Positions 29,705 to 39,527 of a stretch of 64,000 bases of DNA are shown one piece after another. The translations under genes and the position numbers were made by a program. The stretch lies in IMG/VR virus record IMGVR_UViG_3300025383_000009. One strand, given 5' to 3'. The notes below the pieces were generated by a model. That model ran no database searches. It was not told the DNA's origin and saw only the letters and a program-made list of their open reading frames with translations. This DNA comes from a virus (Duplodnaviria > Caudoviricetes). Numbering within the stretch: position 1 is the first letter of the stretch; each line of letters opens with the position of its first letter.

Positions 29705-30553
29705 ATGATACTCGTGGACTTAAATCAGGTGCTGTTAGCAGGTCTTATGGCACAAATAGCAAATCAAAAGAATACCAAGTTAGAAGAAAATCTAATTCGG
29801 CATATGGTATTAAACATCATCAGAACTCATGTTAAGAACTTCAAAGGTGAATATGGTGAAGTCATATTATGCTGTGATAATAGAAAGTATTGGCGTAAAG
29901 AAGTATTTCCATTCTACAAGGCAGGTCGTAAGAAGACCAGAGAGAAATCTGATTTAGATTGGCATTTAATCTTTGATATGTTATCTAAATTCAAAGAAGA
30001 ACTTAAAACAAACTTTCCATATAAAGTGATTGATGTTGAAGGTGCTGAAGCAGATGACATCATTGGTACCTTGGTACCTAGATTTGCACCACATCAAAAG
30101 ATATTGATATTATCAAGTGATGGTGACTTCTTGCAATTACAACAATATGGTGCAAATGTTAAACAATATAATCCATCACAAAAGAAATATGTTAAATCAG
30201 ATAACCCCATACTTGATTTAAAAGAAAAGGTTATTCGTGGTGATAAGGGTGATGGTATTCCTAATATGTTTTCTCCATCAGATTGTTTTGTCCGTGATTT
30301 AAGACAAAAACCTATCACTCAAAAAGTCATGGAGAAGTATTTGAATGAAAACGTGGAAGATTATTCTGAAACTGATAAAGCCAACTATGCTAGAAATAGA
30401 ACATTGATTGACTTAACAATGATACCTAAAGATGTCCAAGAACGTATCATAAATACATATGATGAAATTAAACCAGCACCTAAAAGTAAATTGATAAATT
30501 ATTTTATGGAACATAAACTAAAAAATCTAATGGAAGTAATTGAGGAGTTTTAA
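29705..30553 (+). CDS. rnh: T4 RNase H (5'-3' exonuclease, FEN family)
   Basis: ILVDLNQ, YKAGRKK, EADDII, SSDGDF and GDKGDGIPN. Confidence 0.95.
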   Translation: MILVDLNQVLLAGLMAQIANQKNTKLEENLIRHMVLNIIRTHVKNFKGEYGEVILCCDNRKYWRKEVFPFYKAGRKKTREKSDLDWHLIFDMLSKFKEELKTNFPYKVIDVEGAEADDIIGTLVPRFAPHQKILILSSDGDFLQLQQYGANVKQYNPSQKKYVKSDNPILDLKEKVIRGDKGDGIPNMFSPSDCFVRDLRQKPITQKVMEKYLNENVEDYSETDKANYARNRTLIDLTMIPKDVQERIINTYDEIKPAPKSKLINYFMEHKLKNLMEVIEEF

Positions 30554-30976
30554 ATGAAAAATATCTATGAAGTGCTTGATGAATTTGAAGAAGCCAACAC
30601 CAAAGAAGAAAGAATGGCTGTCATACAAAAGAACCTATCACAAACTCTAGTTGGTGTCTTCCAATTAGCATATCATCCAGATTATCAATGGTATTACGAT
30701 TCAATGCCAGAAGATTATATTGTACCTGATACATTACCTGGTATTTCACGCAATCAATTATCAACGGAAATTCGTAAAATGTATCTCTTTAGAAAAGGAG
30801 ATCCTGGTGCTGCTAATCTAACACCTGAAAAAAGAAAACAATTATTATTACAATTATTAGAATCTATTGAACCTCGTGAAGCAGAAGTTATCATTGGCAT
30901 CTTTAGAAAAGATTTAGGTGTAAGAGGTTTGACTTATGATTTTGTAAAAGAGGCATTCCCTAACCTTCTTCCATGA
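30554..30976 (+). CDS. Conserved T4-like hypothetical protein
   Basis: QLLESI.PREAEV motif; follows rnh. Confidence 0.6.
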   Translation: MKNIYEVLDEFEEANTKEERMAVIQKNLSQTLVGVFQLAYHPDYQWYYDSMPEDYIVPDTLPGISRNQLSTEIRKMYLFRKGDPGAANLTPEKRKQLLLQLLESIEPREAEVIIGIFRKDLGVRGLTYDFVKEAFPNLLP

Positions 30977-31077
30977 AAGCCAAGGAGTAATATCCAAATA
31001 TACCAAAAGATTATTGATTTTATCTCTATTTTTAGGTATAAGTAGGTATGCTCCGTTTTGATGATAATAATACCAAA

Positions 31078-31112
31078 TAGCTCTTGACAAAGAGCTAAAT
31101 CTATGATATAAT
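31078..31112 (+). promoter_or_regulatory. Promoter TTGACA-17-TATAAT with an 8-bp inverted repeat over the -35
   Basis: TAGCTCTT-gaca-AAGAGCTA (31078-31097); TATAAT 31107-31112. Confidence 0.7.
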
Positions 31113-31124
31113 GGTAGTATAAAA

Positions 31125-31460
31125 ATGATGAAGGATTATACTATGATTATACACATGAGAACACCCAAGTCTAAACCAAAGAAACCAAACAAACAAAAAC
31201 ACGAACAATATGTAGCATGGTTAAAATCTCATGCTCCAAAACAGATTGTTGCCACTCGTGAACTCAAAAAAATCCCACCATTTCGTAGAGAAACACCACA
31301 CTATCCATCTTTAAATATGGAAGTTGGTGTAGCTACAAAGAAAGCCCCTGTTCAATATACAGGTGATGCCATGTTAGGTGTTGCTACTATGCACAAGAGT
31401 AATAGTGTTCCTGTATTTCAACAAAAAGACGCTGAAGACATTTCAAGGATGCGAAGATGA
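31125..31460 (+). CDS. Conserved T4-like early protein
   Basis: YTG..MLGVATMHKSN.VP motif. Confidence 0.65.
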   Translation: MMKDYTMIIHMRTPKSKPKKPNKQKHEQYVAWLKSHAPKQIVATRELKKIPPFRRETPHYPSLNMEVGVATKKAPVQYTGDAMLGVATMHKSNSVPVFQQKDAEDISRMRR

Positions 31461-32134
31461 TAGCCTATAAACCAAGTAGTAATATTATTCATTTTGAATT
31501 TGATACTCGCAAAGAGATTACTACAACCTTTTTCCGTATTCAAGAATATTATGAATCACCATTAGAAGGCCTAGTAGGCAAAAAGTTTTCGGTATATGAT
31601 TTCTTAATTGAATCTATGGATAACATGGGTAATTTAAATTACTTCAATTTTTGGACAGGCTTTAACTTTCCGGATTATATTCTTAAAGAATGGATTAAAT
31701 TAAATCCACAAAAAGAATGGACACCTAAAGAAAAAGAACTAATTGATAAAATCAAAGAGAAGGTCAATTGGAATGAAAAGTTTTATGTCATTGGTTCATT
31801 AAAGACGGATAAGACTGCATATAGGCATGAAATGGCGCATGCTCATTATTATACTGAAACCTTATATAAGGTTGATATGGACATTTTAACACATAGGCTA
31901 TTGAGTAAGCATAAGAAACAATACCAAATCATTCGTAAGCATTTAATAAAACTTGGTTATAATACCAAAGTTATTATGGATGAAATTCAAGCATACCTAT
32001 CTACCGAACCAAAGAAATTTTTAATTGAAGAATTTGGTATCAATTATGAAGAATTATCACCACTTATTAAAAGATACCAAAAGACATTCAAACAATACCG
32101 TGAGCAATCATATGAGCTTGAGGTATACCAATAG
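31457..32134 (+). CDS. Hypothetical protein with HExxH (zincin-like) motif
   Basis: RHEMAHA...DEIQAY. Confidence 0.55.
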   Translation: MIAYKPSSNIIHFEFDTRKEITTTFFRIQEYYESPLEGLVGKKFSVYDFLIESMDNMGNLNYFNFWTGFNFPDYILKEWIKLNPQKEWTPKEKELIDKIKEKVNWNEKFYVIGSLKTDKTAYRHEMAHAHYYTETLYKVDMDILTHRLLSKHKKQYQIIRKHLIKLGYNTKVIMDEIQAYLSTEPKKFLIEEFGINYEELSPLIKRYQKTFKQYREQSYELEVYQ

Positions 32135-32206
32135 TTGTTGTAAAAAAACAACAAATGCCAAATAAAGTGCTTGACTGGCAAGTATTCTTGTAGTATAATG
32201 GTCTCA
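32135..32206 (+). promoter_or_regulatory. Promoter TTGACT-17-TATAAT preceded by inverted repeat TTGTTGT-A6-ACAACAA
   Basis: -35 at 32171, -10 at 32194. Confidence 0.7.
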
Positions 32207-32226
32207 TATTAATTAGAAAGGTTTAT

Positions 32227-34338
32227 ATGGAACTAGTGCAGTCAAAATCACTTCTTGCCAAGTTAATGGCAACAGAAAATCTTATCGTAGAGCAACGCAA
32301 TGTTGATACGGCATCTTTTGATGTTAAGAACCGTGTTTTAACCGTACCTGTGCTTGATAAGAATATATCAGGTTACCTATATGACCTTTTCATGGGTCAC
32401 GAAGTAGGCCATGCTTTATACACACCTAGCGAAGGTATGTTAAAAGCTAATGAACTTGAAATACCAATGTCACTTATGAATGTCCTTGAAGATGTTCGTA
32501 TCGAAAGAAAAATCAAAAACAAATATCCTGGTATTCGTAGCTCTTTTGTAAAAGGTTATCAAGACCTAATTAAAAAAGATTTCTTTGGTATCAATGATGT
32601 TGATGTTAATGAAATGAATTTTATTGACCGTATCAATATGTTTTCAAAAGGCGGTCCAACACTTGGTATCAAATTCAATGATGATGAACAATCATTACTT
32701 AAAAAAGTAGAATCAACCGAATCTTATGATGATGTTATCGAAGTGGCTAAAGAAGTCATGGAATACATGAAGATGCAAAAAGAAGCCAAAGATAAACTTA
32801 AAATGGAAATGGATGATAACGAAGAATACGAAGAAGACAATGATGAAGATGGTAATTCTGATGACGCATCCAATTATGATTTAGAAGGTGAAGGTAATGA
32901 CGAAGTGAACCAAAACGATCCTGACCAATCAGGCAAACCTTTAGATGATAAAGCAGGTACATCAGCAGGTTCTGAATATTCATCACATACTGATGAAAAC
33001 TATATGAAGAATCAAAAGAAACTATTTGCTTCTGATGGTTCATCATACTATTACGGTAACATTCCTGATTATGACTTAACAAAATGTATTATTGGTCATA
33101 AAGCATTATGGGATAGATATCGTAAATACCAAGAAAAAATGGAATATGAAAGTCGTGGTATCAATATGGACAAGTATCAAAAGATCCGTAAAGATGCTGC
33201 TAAGGTTGTATCATATCTTGCTAAAGAATTTGAACTTAAAAAGAATGCTGAACAATTAAAACGAGCATCTATTGCCAAAACAGGCGAACTTAACATGAGT
33301 AGAATTTTCTCATATAAGTTTAGTGAAGATATATTCAAAAAGGCAACTATTGTTCCTGATGGTAAATCTCACGGTCTTGTAATGTTCCTTGATTGGTCTG
33401 GTTCAATGGCTAATCATTTAGAAAGTACCGTAAAACAAGTAATTAATCTAGCATTATTCTGCCGTAAGGTAAGTATTCCTTTTGAAGTATATACCTTTAC
33501 ATCAGAATATGATGATTATGATGCCAATACAACATATGGCGGTTATCGTCCTACACCTAAAGTTGGTGATATCGCTTGTGAGAGAATGAACCTATTGAAT
33601 ATCTTATCAAGTAAAATGTCATCAGCAGAATTTACTTATGCTGGTGCTGCTCTTGCTAAAATGTCAGCTGGTAGATTCTCTAATAGACCTAGATTCTTTG
33701 AATTAGGCGGTACACCATTTAGTGAATGTATTATGGCTGCTATGAAGTTAGTGCCACAATTTCAAAAAGATTATAAACTTCAAATTGTGAATACCGTGTT
33801 CTTAACAGATGGTGATGGCCATGCATTGAATCGTGTGGTTAATGAAATGAATGAGCATGGCGGTTTCAGAGCAGATGCATACGATCCTGCAAACGGTGAT
33901 GATTTCAGAAGTCAAAAAATGGTGATTGTTGATCCTGTTACCAAAAATCAAGAATATGCTCCTGATAGATATGGTCGTGAATTAACAACTACATATATAA
34001 AGATGCTTAAAGCTAGAACAAATTCTAATATCGTAGGTTTCTATATTCTTAATGGTAGAGAGTTTAATCGCAATTCATATGATTTCTTTTCAGCCGCTGC
34101 TGACCATGATAAGATTAGATTAAACTTCCGTAAGAATAAGTATGCTATAGCGACATCAGCAGGATATGATGAGTATTATTTACTCCGAGCTGAAGGTATG
34201 GATACTGATGATGATGTAGAATTTGTGGTTAAAGAAAATGCTACAACAAGAGGTTTAGTATCAGCGTTTAGTAAGTATGCTGGTAATAGATTATCTAACC
34301 GTGTAGTGCTAAATAGATTTATTGAAATGATTGCATAG
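32227..34338 (+). CDS. Zincin-like N-domain plus vWA (MIDAS) protein, CobT-like MoxR partner
   Basis: HEVGH...EDVRIE; acidic linker; DWSGS, GGTP and TDGD. Confidence 0.85.
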   Translation: MELVQSKSLLAKLMATENLIVEQRNVDTASFDVKNRVLTVPVLDKNISGYLYDLFMGHEVGHALYTPSEGMLKANELEIPMSLMNVLEDVRIERKIKNKYPGIRSSFVKGYQDLIKKDFFGINDVDVNEMNFIDRINMFSKGGPTLGIKFNDDEQSLLKKVESTESYDDVIEVAKEVMEYMKMQKEAKDKLKMEMDDNEEYEEDNDEDGNSDDASNYDLEGEGNDEVNQNDPDQSGKPLDDKAGTSAGSEYSSHTDENYMKNQKKLFASDGSSYYYGNIPDYDLTKCIIGHKALWDRYRKYQEKMEYESRGINMDKYQKIRKDAAKVVSYLAKEFELKKNAEQLKRASIAKTGELNMSRIFSYKFSEDIFKKATIVPDGKSHGLVMFLDWSGSMANHLESTVKQVINLALFCRKVSIPFEVYTFTSEYDDYDANTTYGGYRPTPKVGDIACERMNLLNILSSKMSSAEFTYAGAALAKMSAGRFSNRPRFFELGGTPFSECIMAAMKLVPQFQKDYKLQIVNTVFLTDGDGHALNRVVNEMNEHGGFRADAYDPANGDDFRSQKMVIVDPVTKNQEYAPDRYGRELTTTYIKMLKARTNSNIVGFYILNGREFNRNSYDFFSAAADHDKIRLNFRKNKYAIATSAGYDEYYLLRAEGMDTDDDVEFVVKENATTRGLVSAFSKYAGNRLSNRVVLNRFIEMIA

Positions 34339-34346
34339 GAGAAATA

Positions 34347-34571
34347 ATGGTGGAATTATCAAAATTTTATTCGGATGACGAAAGACGCCGAGCAGAGGTA
34401 GAATATACAGGTAATGGTTTTCTTATTAATTTTTATCTTGATGAGAAACTAATTCAAAAACGAACAACATATTCAGAAGACGATGCTGAAATGATTGCTG
34501 AAGATTTTGTTCTAGGTCAAGCTGGCCCTAGTTTATTAAATGAAAATTTAGTTGGCCCAGCTGATTGTTAA
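34347..34571 (+). CDS. Small conserved phage protein
   Basis: AGGAG RBS; 74 aa. Confidence 0.55.
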   Translation: MVELSKFYSDDERRRAEVEYTGNGFLINFYLDEKLIQKRTTYSEDDAEMIAEDFVLGQAGPSLLNENLVGPADC

Positions 34572-34572
34572 T

Positions 34573-34827
34573 ATGACACAAACTACCGAAATATTAAATA
34601 TCACACAAGAAGAATGTGCTGAAGTTATTCAAGCGATATCTAAAATACATAGATTTGGATTCGACATACATAATGCTAAAGAAAATTTAGAACATGAGAT
34701 TGGTGATGTCCTTTGTATGATTGATTTATTGGTAGAGAATTGTATTGTATCAGATTCTAATATTAATGAAGCAAGAAAAGCAAAAAGAGAAAAATTAAAA
34801 CTTTGGTCAAAGATTAAGAACCTATGA
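34573..34827 (+). CDS. MazG-like nucleotide pyrophosphohydrolase
   Basis: QEECAEVIQA...EHEIGDV (EExxE...ExGD). Confidence 0.7.
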   Translation: MTQTTEILNITQEECAEVIQAISKIHRFGFDIHNAKENLEHEIGDVLCMIDLLVENCIVSDSNINEARKAKREKLKLWSKIKNL

Positions 34828-34942
34828 ACCCACATGATTTATTAAAATTCTTACAGACGATATATTGTTTTACTTCTGAAAGTAATCCAATTAAGCCGGT
34901 CATAAAACAAAAGATTGATGAACTAAAGAGAGTAGTGTTTCA

Positions 34943-35773
34943 ATGAAGAAAGTTTTGATTACAGGTTCATCTGGCTATATTGGACAACATTTAGTTTCTT
35001 TATTGCGCCATAGAGGTGATATTGAACTTCATCTGTTAGATAAAGAAATTGTACCAAAGAGTAAACGATATTTGATTGATATTCGTTCAAGTGATATGAT
35101 AAGGCATTCTGCTGCAAGATTAGAACACTATGACACAATCGTTCATTTAGCTGCATTGGTTCGTGTAGGCGATTCTGTAAGACAACCTATATTGTATTAT
35201 GATACTAATATCAATGGTACAACAAACATAATTAAAGAGTTGAGTTATAACAATTTTGTTTTTGCATCTACAGGTGCCGCTTCAAATCCAAATTCACCTT
35301 ATGGTTATTCAAAGAGAGTGGCAGAAGATATAGTTGCCGGATATTGTGATAACTATACCACTTTTAGATTTTATAATGTTATTGGTTCAGAACATGGAAT
35401 TCAACCTACTAATCCCGATGGATTGTTCCATAATCTCATCCAAGCGACCAGGACAGGTGAGTTTAATCTCTATGGTAATGACTATGATACTAAAGACGGT
35501 ACTTGTGTGAGAGAGTATGTCCATGTTATGGATATTTGCCTTTCTATCATCAAAGCCATTGATAAACCATCAAATAAGATAGAAAACCTTGCCTATGGAG
35601 ACACTAGGACGACCTTGGAGATAGTTAATGAGTTTAAACGTATACATAATACTGATTTTAAAATAAACTATCAACCAAGACGACCAGGTGATTTAGAAAA
35701 ATCTTACCTAGATAATCCATCGACATATATGGAAAGGAATTACACATATGAAGAAATGTTACGGTATAATTAG
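34943..35773 (+). CDS. NAD-dependent sugar epimerase (GalE-like)
   Basis: ITGSSGYIG, HLAA, YGYSK, RFYNV and REYVHV. Confidence 0.9.
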   Translation: MKKVLITGSSGYIGQHLVSLLRHRGDIELHLLDKEIVPKSKRYLIDIRSSDMIRHSAARLEHYDTIVHLAALVRVGDSVRQPILYYDTNINGTTNIIKELSYNNFVFASTGAASNPNSPYGYSKRVAEDIVAGYCDNYTTFRFYNVIGSEHGIQPTNPDGLFHNLIQATRTGEFNLYGNDYDTKDGTCVREYVHVMDICLSIIKAIDKPSNKIENLAYGDTRTTLEIVNEFKRIHNTDFKINYQPRRPGDLEKSYLDNPSTYMERNYTYEEMLRYN

Positions 35774-36050
35774 ACGTATTAGATTGACTTTTTACTTAAT
35801 TTTTGTTAGGATAGCACGAATGTTTTGGATGAATTTAGATACTACAGAATCGCTTCAAGAAGAATACAAGGATATTCATAGGGCTTTGTATGGTTTTGCA
35901 CCACAACCAGATAAAGACTATTCTGCTAGACAATGGAGTAATACAAGATGGTTAAAGTTACAGATTAAAAAGACACACCATGTCATTAAGAAGTTAAAGA
36001 AGACACCAGAAGGTAGAAGTAAGTTAATACAACGAAATATATTTTTTTAA
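35748..36050 (+). CDS. Hypothetical protein
   Basis: 100-aa ORF in operon. Confidence 0.45.
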   Translation: MKKCYGIIRRIRLTFYLIFVRIARMFWMNLDTTESLQEEYKDIHRALYGFAPQPDKDYSARQWSNTRWLKLQIKKTHHVIKKLKKTPEGRSKLIQRNIFF

Positions 36051-36065
36051 AATTTAAGGATTATT

Positions 36066-36389
36066 ATGTTAAGACCGATTGGCGATAAAATTATTGTAAA
36101 ACTGATTGAAAGAAACTTAAAGACACAATCTGGTATTATCCTATCATCTAATGACCCAGCCGAGGCACAAAAAGGCCGTGTGGTTGCTGTAGGTAATACT
36201 GTTAAAGAGGTTAGAGTAGGTGATGCTATTCTTCCTAACTGGCAAACTGCTTCACAAACTAAATTTGAAGACGAAGACTATTGGATTGTCACCGAAGAAA
36301 ATGTGGTTATGATATTTGATGATTTTGTTGAAGAAACTGATATCGTAAGACACGAAGACAACCTACGAGCATTCCCTAAACTACACTAA
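36066..36389 (+). CDS. groES: GroES-like co-chaperonin
   Basis: LRPIGDKIIV, T.SGIIL, G.VVAVG, V.VGD. Confidence 0.9.
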   Translation: MLRPIGDKIIVKLIERNLKTQSGIILSSNDPAEAQKGRVVAVGNTVKEVRVGDAILPNWQTASQTKFEDEDYWIVTEENVVMIFDDFVEETDIVRHEDNLRAFPKLH

Positions 36390-36390
36390 T

Positions 36391-36579
36391 ATGAAAAAAA
36401 TAGCTGATTGGGACAAAAAAAGACTTTCTGAACTAGCAGAAATCGGAAAATGCGGCTGTGGAAAGACAAAAGACCCAAATGGATGGTGCGATAGCTCTCA
36501 TTCTACGCTAACCAAAGAAGAAATCGATAAACTAAACAAGAATTCACTAGTCAAAACTAAAAAATATGTTTCAATCTAA
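36391..36579 (+). CDS. CDGSH-type [2Fe-2S] protein
   Basis: CGCGKTKDPNGWCDSSH. Confidence 0.75.
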   Translation: MKKIADWDKKRLSELAEIGKCGCGKTKDPNGWCDSSHSTLTKEEIDKLNKNSLVKTKKYVSI

Positions 36580-36750
36580 ATTCCTTACAGTTTTTCCAGC
36601 GTTTCCAACGATTTTCCTATTCCTCCTACTTACCGGATGCTCATCTCTTGAGAAAACGTGCATAACCTCAAAGGATTCCAGTCAAATTCAGACTGGAGAA
36701 TTTGTCCGTTGCACTCCGGGATTCAAAAAAGACTTTTAAAAGACAAAAAT

Positions 36751-37014
36751 ATGACTTCCAAACACATTTCTAACACATTTTCTATACAACTTACAGATAT
36801 CCAGATGGAATGCATCATCGTGGGAGAACTCCAAAGACAACTCGAAGTCGCTCTCAAGTATAAAGAAGACAAGGAAGAGATAAAACTCGCTATGTCCTTA
36901 AAAGATGTCTTACAATTTTACATGGAACCAGATGCTTACAAGAAATATATCAAAAAATTAGACTGTAAGCATATTCATAAGTATGATTCATCAAGATTTG
37001 TGATTGGCTTGTGA
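36751..37014 (+). CDS. Hypothetical protein
   Basis: Start taken as ATG 36751. Confidence 0.5.
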   Translation: MTSKHISNTFSIQLTDIQMECIIVGELQRQLEVALKYKEDKEEIKLAMSLKDVLQFYMEPDAYKKYIKKLDCKHIHKYDSSRFVIGL

Positions 37015-37032
37015 TAATTTGGAGAAGAATAT

Positions 37033-37251
37033 ATGATTGTTATGTGCATAGTTTTCTTTATCATGGGTATCCTGATAGGTATTAATGTAACCCATGATTG
37101 GAAAAGTAAAGATAGGCAGAAATTATTTGAAAAAATAGATGATGAAGTCCGTCATGAACTGTATATCAAGACAAATCAAGTGGTATCTCTACAAGAAGAT
37201 GTGAGTTTTTTAAGAAAGCGACTTAAATTTCTAGAGGATAAAAATGGATAA
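37033..37251 (+). CDS. Small membrane-anchored coiled-coil protein
   Basis: N-terminal TM; GGAG RBS. Confidence 0.55.
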   Translation: MIVMCIVFFIMGILIGINVTHDWKSKDRQKLFEKIDDEVRHELYIKTNQVVSLQEDVSFLRKRLKFLEDKNG

Positions 37252-37504
37252 TTTTAATATATTCAATTATAATCTACCTTGGCCTCTGATATCCGCCTTT
37301 TTTATTGTATGTGTTGTGTATATTTTATGGCTTGAACACGATAAAAAAGATGCTATGATAAAAGAAGAAGTTCCTAAGTTTCCTGGTGGTACTTTTGCTT
37401 ACTTACTATCAGATTATAAGAGATGGAAGAGAAATCTGATAAAATATGATGGTTGGACTAAAGAAGAGATTGAAAGAGGATACAGATGGACAAAATTAAA
37501 ATAG
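37244..37504 (+). CDS. Small membrane protein
   Basis: One TM helix. Confidence 0.5.
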   Translation: MDNFNIFNYNLPWPLISAFFIVCVVYILWLEHDKKDAMIKEEVPKFPGGTFAYLLSDYKRWKRNLIKYDGWTKEEIERGYRWTKLK

Positions 37505-37785
37505 GTAAAGATGACGTATTATTGGGATTAATCGTTATATTAATAGCGATGATTTGGTACTATGGCTCAGAATATCATAATAATTATATTGATGAAGTGA
37601 CTAGAATAGACTCCGTGGTAAAGTCTGTAGATGAATTAGAAACTAAACTGATAATGTCTAATGAAGTGATTCAAACGCTCAAGGTTCAATTAGCCGATAA
37701 AGACTTGGAGATTATAGACCTCCAGGAAAAAATTAAGGGAACACGAAAACCCTCCGGAAAAAATTTCGATTCCACAAAAAAATAG
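37486..37785 (+). CDS. Membrane-anchored coiled-coil protein
   Basis: LLGLIVILIAMIWYY TM, then heptads. Confidence 0.55.
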   Translation: MDKIKIGKDDVLLGLIVILIAMIWYYGSEYHNNYIDEVTRIDSVVKSVDELETKLIMSNEVIQTLKVQLADKDLEIIDLQEKIKGTRKPSGKNFDSTKK

Positions 37786-37869
37786 GCTAGAAAAAAAGTT
37801 ACTGAATTCAGAGTCCGACCATGGATGGCTTTTTTTTATAGGACACATAGCGATTCTTAAGCCGCCTCC

Positions 37870-37899
37870 AAAAAAAAGAGGTGCCCCAATGGACACCTC
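37870..37899 (-). terminator. Intrinsic terminator for the minus-strand cassette block
   Basis: GAGGTG/CACCTC stem (37878-37899) followed on the minus strand by a T8 run; lies at the convergence point. Confidence 0.65.
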
Positions 37900-37931
37900 C
37901 GGAGAGTGGCGCTGACTAGACGCCGATAAAA

Positions 37932-38063
37932 CTATTTGAACTGCTCGAATGAGCTCGTTGATTTGAACTCAGCGAATTCATCATGCTGAAACCACCTAGA
38001 GTCCGATACAGCATATTTTATTACCAATCCTAATACAATACCAATTAATAGTCCTTTAAGCAT
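37932..38063 (-). CDS. Small membrane peptide (43 aa)
   Basis: MLKGLLIGIVLGLVIKY...; GGAGG RBS on the minus strand. Confidence 0.55.
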   Translation of the reverse strand: MLKGLLIGIVLGLVIKYAVSDSRWFQHDEFAEFKSTSSFEQFK

Positions 38064-38352
38064 TTTCTACCTCCCTAATTATTGATTCAACCTTGTCCAC
38101 TGCTCTTCTATCATACCCGCCAATGTGCCAGTCATAATAGTGCCTAGGGGTATCACCGTATTCCTTCCAGTCGTATATGGTCACCACCGTGCCATCGATT
38201 TCTAGCACCCATTCACAGGTCACCTTATCGGATGGGTCCTCATCTGGACCGTAGGATGGTTCACCGAAGGCTGCCACCAGTGTATCATAGTCCGTATAGA
38301 CTTCGCCTTGGAGGGAAGTGCCTCCTGCTGAAGATAGCTTTTCGATTCTCAT
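38056..38352 (-). CDS. Conserved phage hypothetical protein
   Basis: TSLQG...FGEP...DKV.CEW...TIYDWK...WHIGG pattern. Confidence 0.65.
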   Translation of the reverse strand: MRIEKLSSAGGTSLQGEVYTDYDTLVAAFGEPSYGPDEDPSDKVTCEWVLEIDGTVVTIYDWKEYGDTPRHYYDWHIGGYDRRAVDKVESIIREVENA

Positions 38353-38618
38353 ACAGGCTCCTTTCTGGATTCCATCAAGTTGAACATGATGCATTTAGCA
38401 CGATTGAGGAACTGTCTAGCTTGATTCGCTTGGTCTGGAGATACCCAGCCGTCCTCGTTGAATTCAGCGCTGATGATTTCCTGTGCATCTGATAGGATAC
38501 CAGCTGCGAACATGAGCTCTGTGCCTGGGAAGGCTTGCTCTTTTACCATTCTCATAAGGGACGCTTTAGAGCATCCGTAAGCTTGTAATTCCCAATCTAA
38601 TTTTTCTTTTTCAGTCAT
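38349..38618 (-). CDS. Hypothetical early protein
   Basis: AAGGAG RBS; cassette promoter at 38646-38673. Confidence 0.65.
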   Translation of the reverse strand: MTEKEKLDWELQAYGCSKASLMRMVKEQAFPGTELMFAAGILSDAQEIISAEFNEDGWVSPDQANQARQFLNRAKCIMFNLMESRKEPV

Positions 38619-38679
38619 ATTTTTCTCCTTTTTAATTGTATGGCTAGGATAACACATCCATGCCAAAAGTCAAGCATTA

Positions 38680-39009
38680 TTAAGCGATTTCTGCTAAATA
38701 ATCTCGATAATCAATGGTGGGTTCGGCATAGCGGATCTCGCCTTCGTATTCGAGCTGGCTCTTTTCAAATGGAGACATCCAGTCATCCGCTTGGAGGGAG
38801 TATCCGATAATGTCTGAGCGGAAGAAATTGTTATTCTCCTCGATGTCCAAGCGAACCATCTCCACAACCTCAGCTGGGTCCACGCCTTGTGGAATGTTAG
38901 TGATTTTGTAGGATTGACCACCCTTCATTTTCCAGCGGTAGTCACCAGTGAAACCTTGGTGGGCGGCATAATTTTCTTGGTCTTGCGTATCGATTACTAA
39001 CATACTCAT
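38680..39009 (-). CDS. Conserved phage hypothetical protein
   Basis: TQ..ENY.AH...WK.KGG motif; AAGGAG RBS. Confidence 0.7.
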   Translation of the reverse strand: MSMLVIDTQDQENYAAHQGFTGDYRWKMKGGQSYKITNIPQGVDPAEVVEMVRLDIEENNNFFRSDIIGYSLQADDWMSPFEKSQLEYEGEIRYAEPTIDYRDYLAEIA

Positions 39010-39233
39010 TTTTTTATCTCCTTATCAATTATGTTCCATTATACAGAAAATGGATGGAATGTCAAGCAGAATTTTAGCCCCCTATGGAAGACGACCAGGG
39101 GTGGATTAGAAGACCAGATTAATTGCTGCCTTACCAATGGTGTCCATTATACAGAAACCAATGAAAAAGTCAAGCGAAATCTAGGGGGCCTAGGGGGCTT
39201 GACTTTATTGCCAGATGTGATATAATAGGGGGC

Positions 39234-39527
39234 TTAATTACAGCCCAAATACTGCTGAAACGGAACCACTCCACCGAATCCGTTTGGAGCCCATACGGTC
39301 TGATAGATGGGGCGGCAACCTCGACCGAACTGGCCAACGTAGGGATTAGCATTGTATCCATAAGAGCGATTAAGCTCATATCCTACGATGCCCCCTATAA
39401 TAGCTGGAGCGATCCAATTGTTACCACCGCCATGATGGTACCCACCGCCATATCCGCCTCTGAACCCATCGTGAGCCTGAGCCCCGATGGAGACTGATAA
39501 TAATAGAACTGCTAATAATTTGCTCAT
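39234..39527 (-). CDS. Secreted Gly-rich small protein
   Basis: Signal peptide MSKLLAVLLLSVSIGAQA; GGGYHHGGG; two C-terminal Cys. Confidence 0.7.
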   Translation of the reverse strand: MSKLLAVLLLSVSIGAQAHDGFRGGYGGGYHHGGGNNWIAPAIIGGIVGYELNRSYGYNANPYVGQFGRGCRPIYQTVWAPNGFGGVVPFQQYLGCN

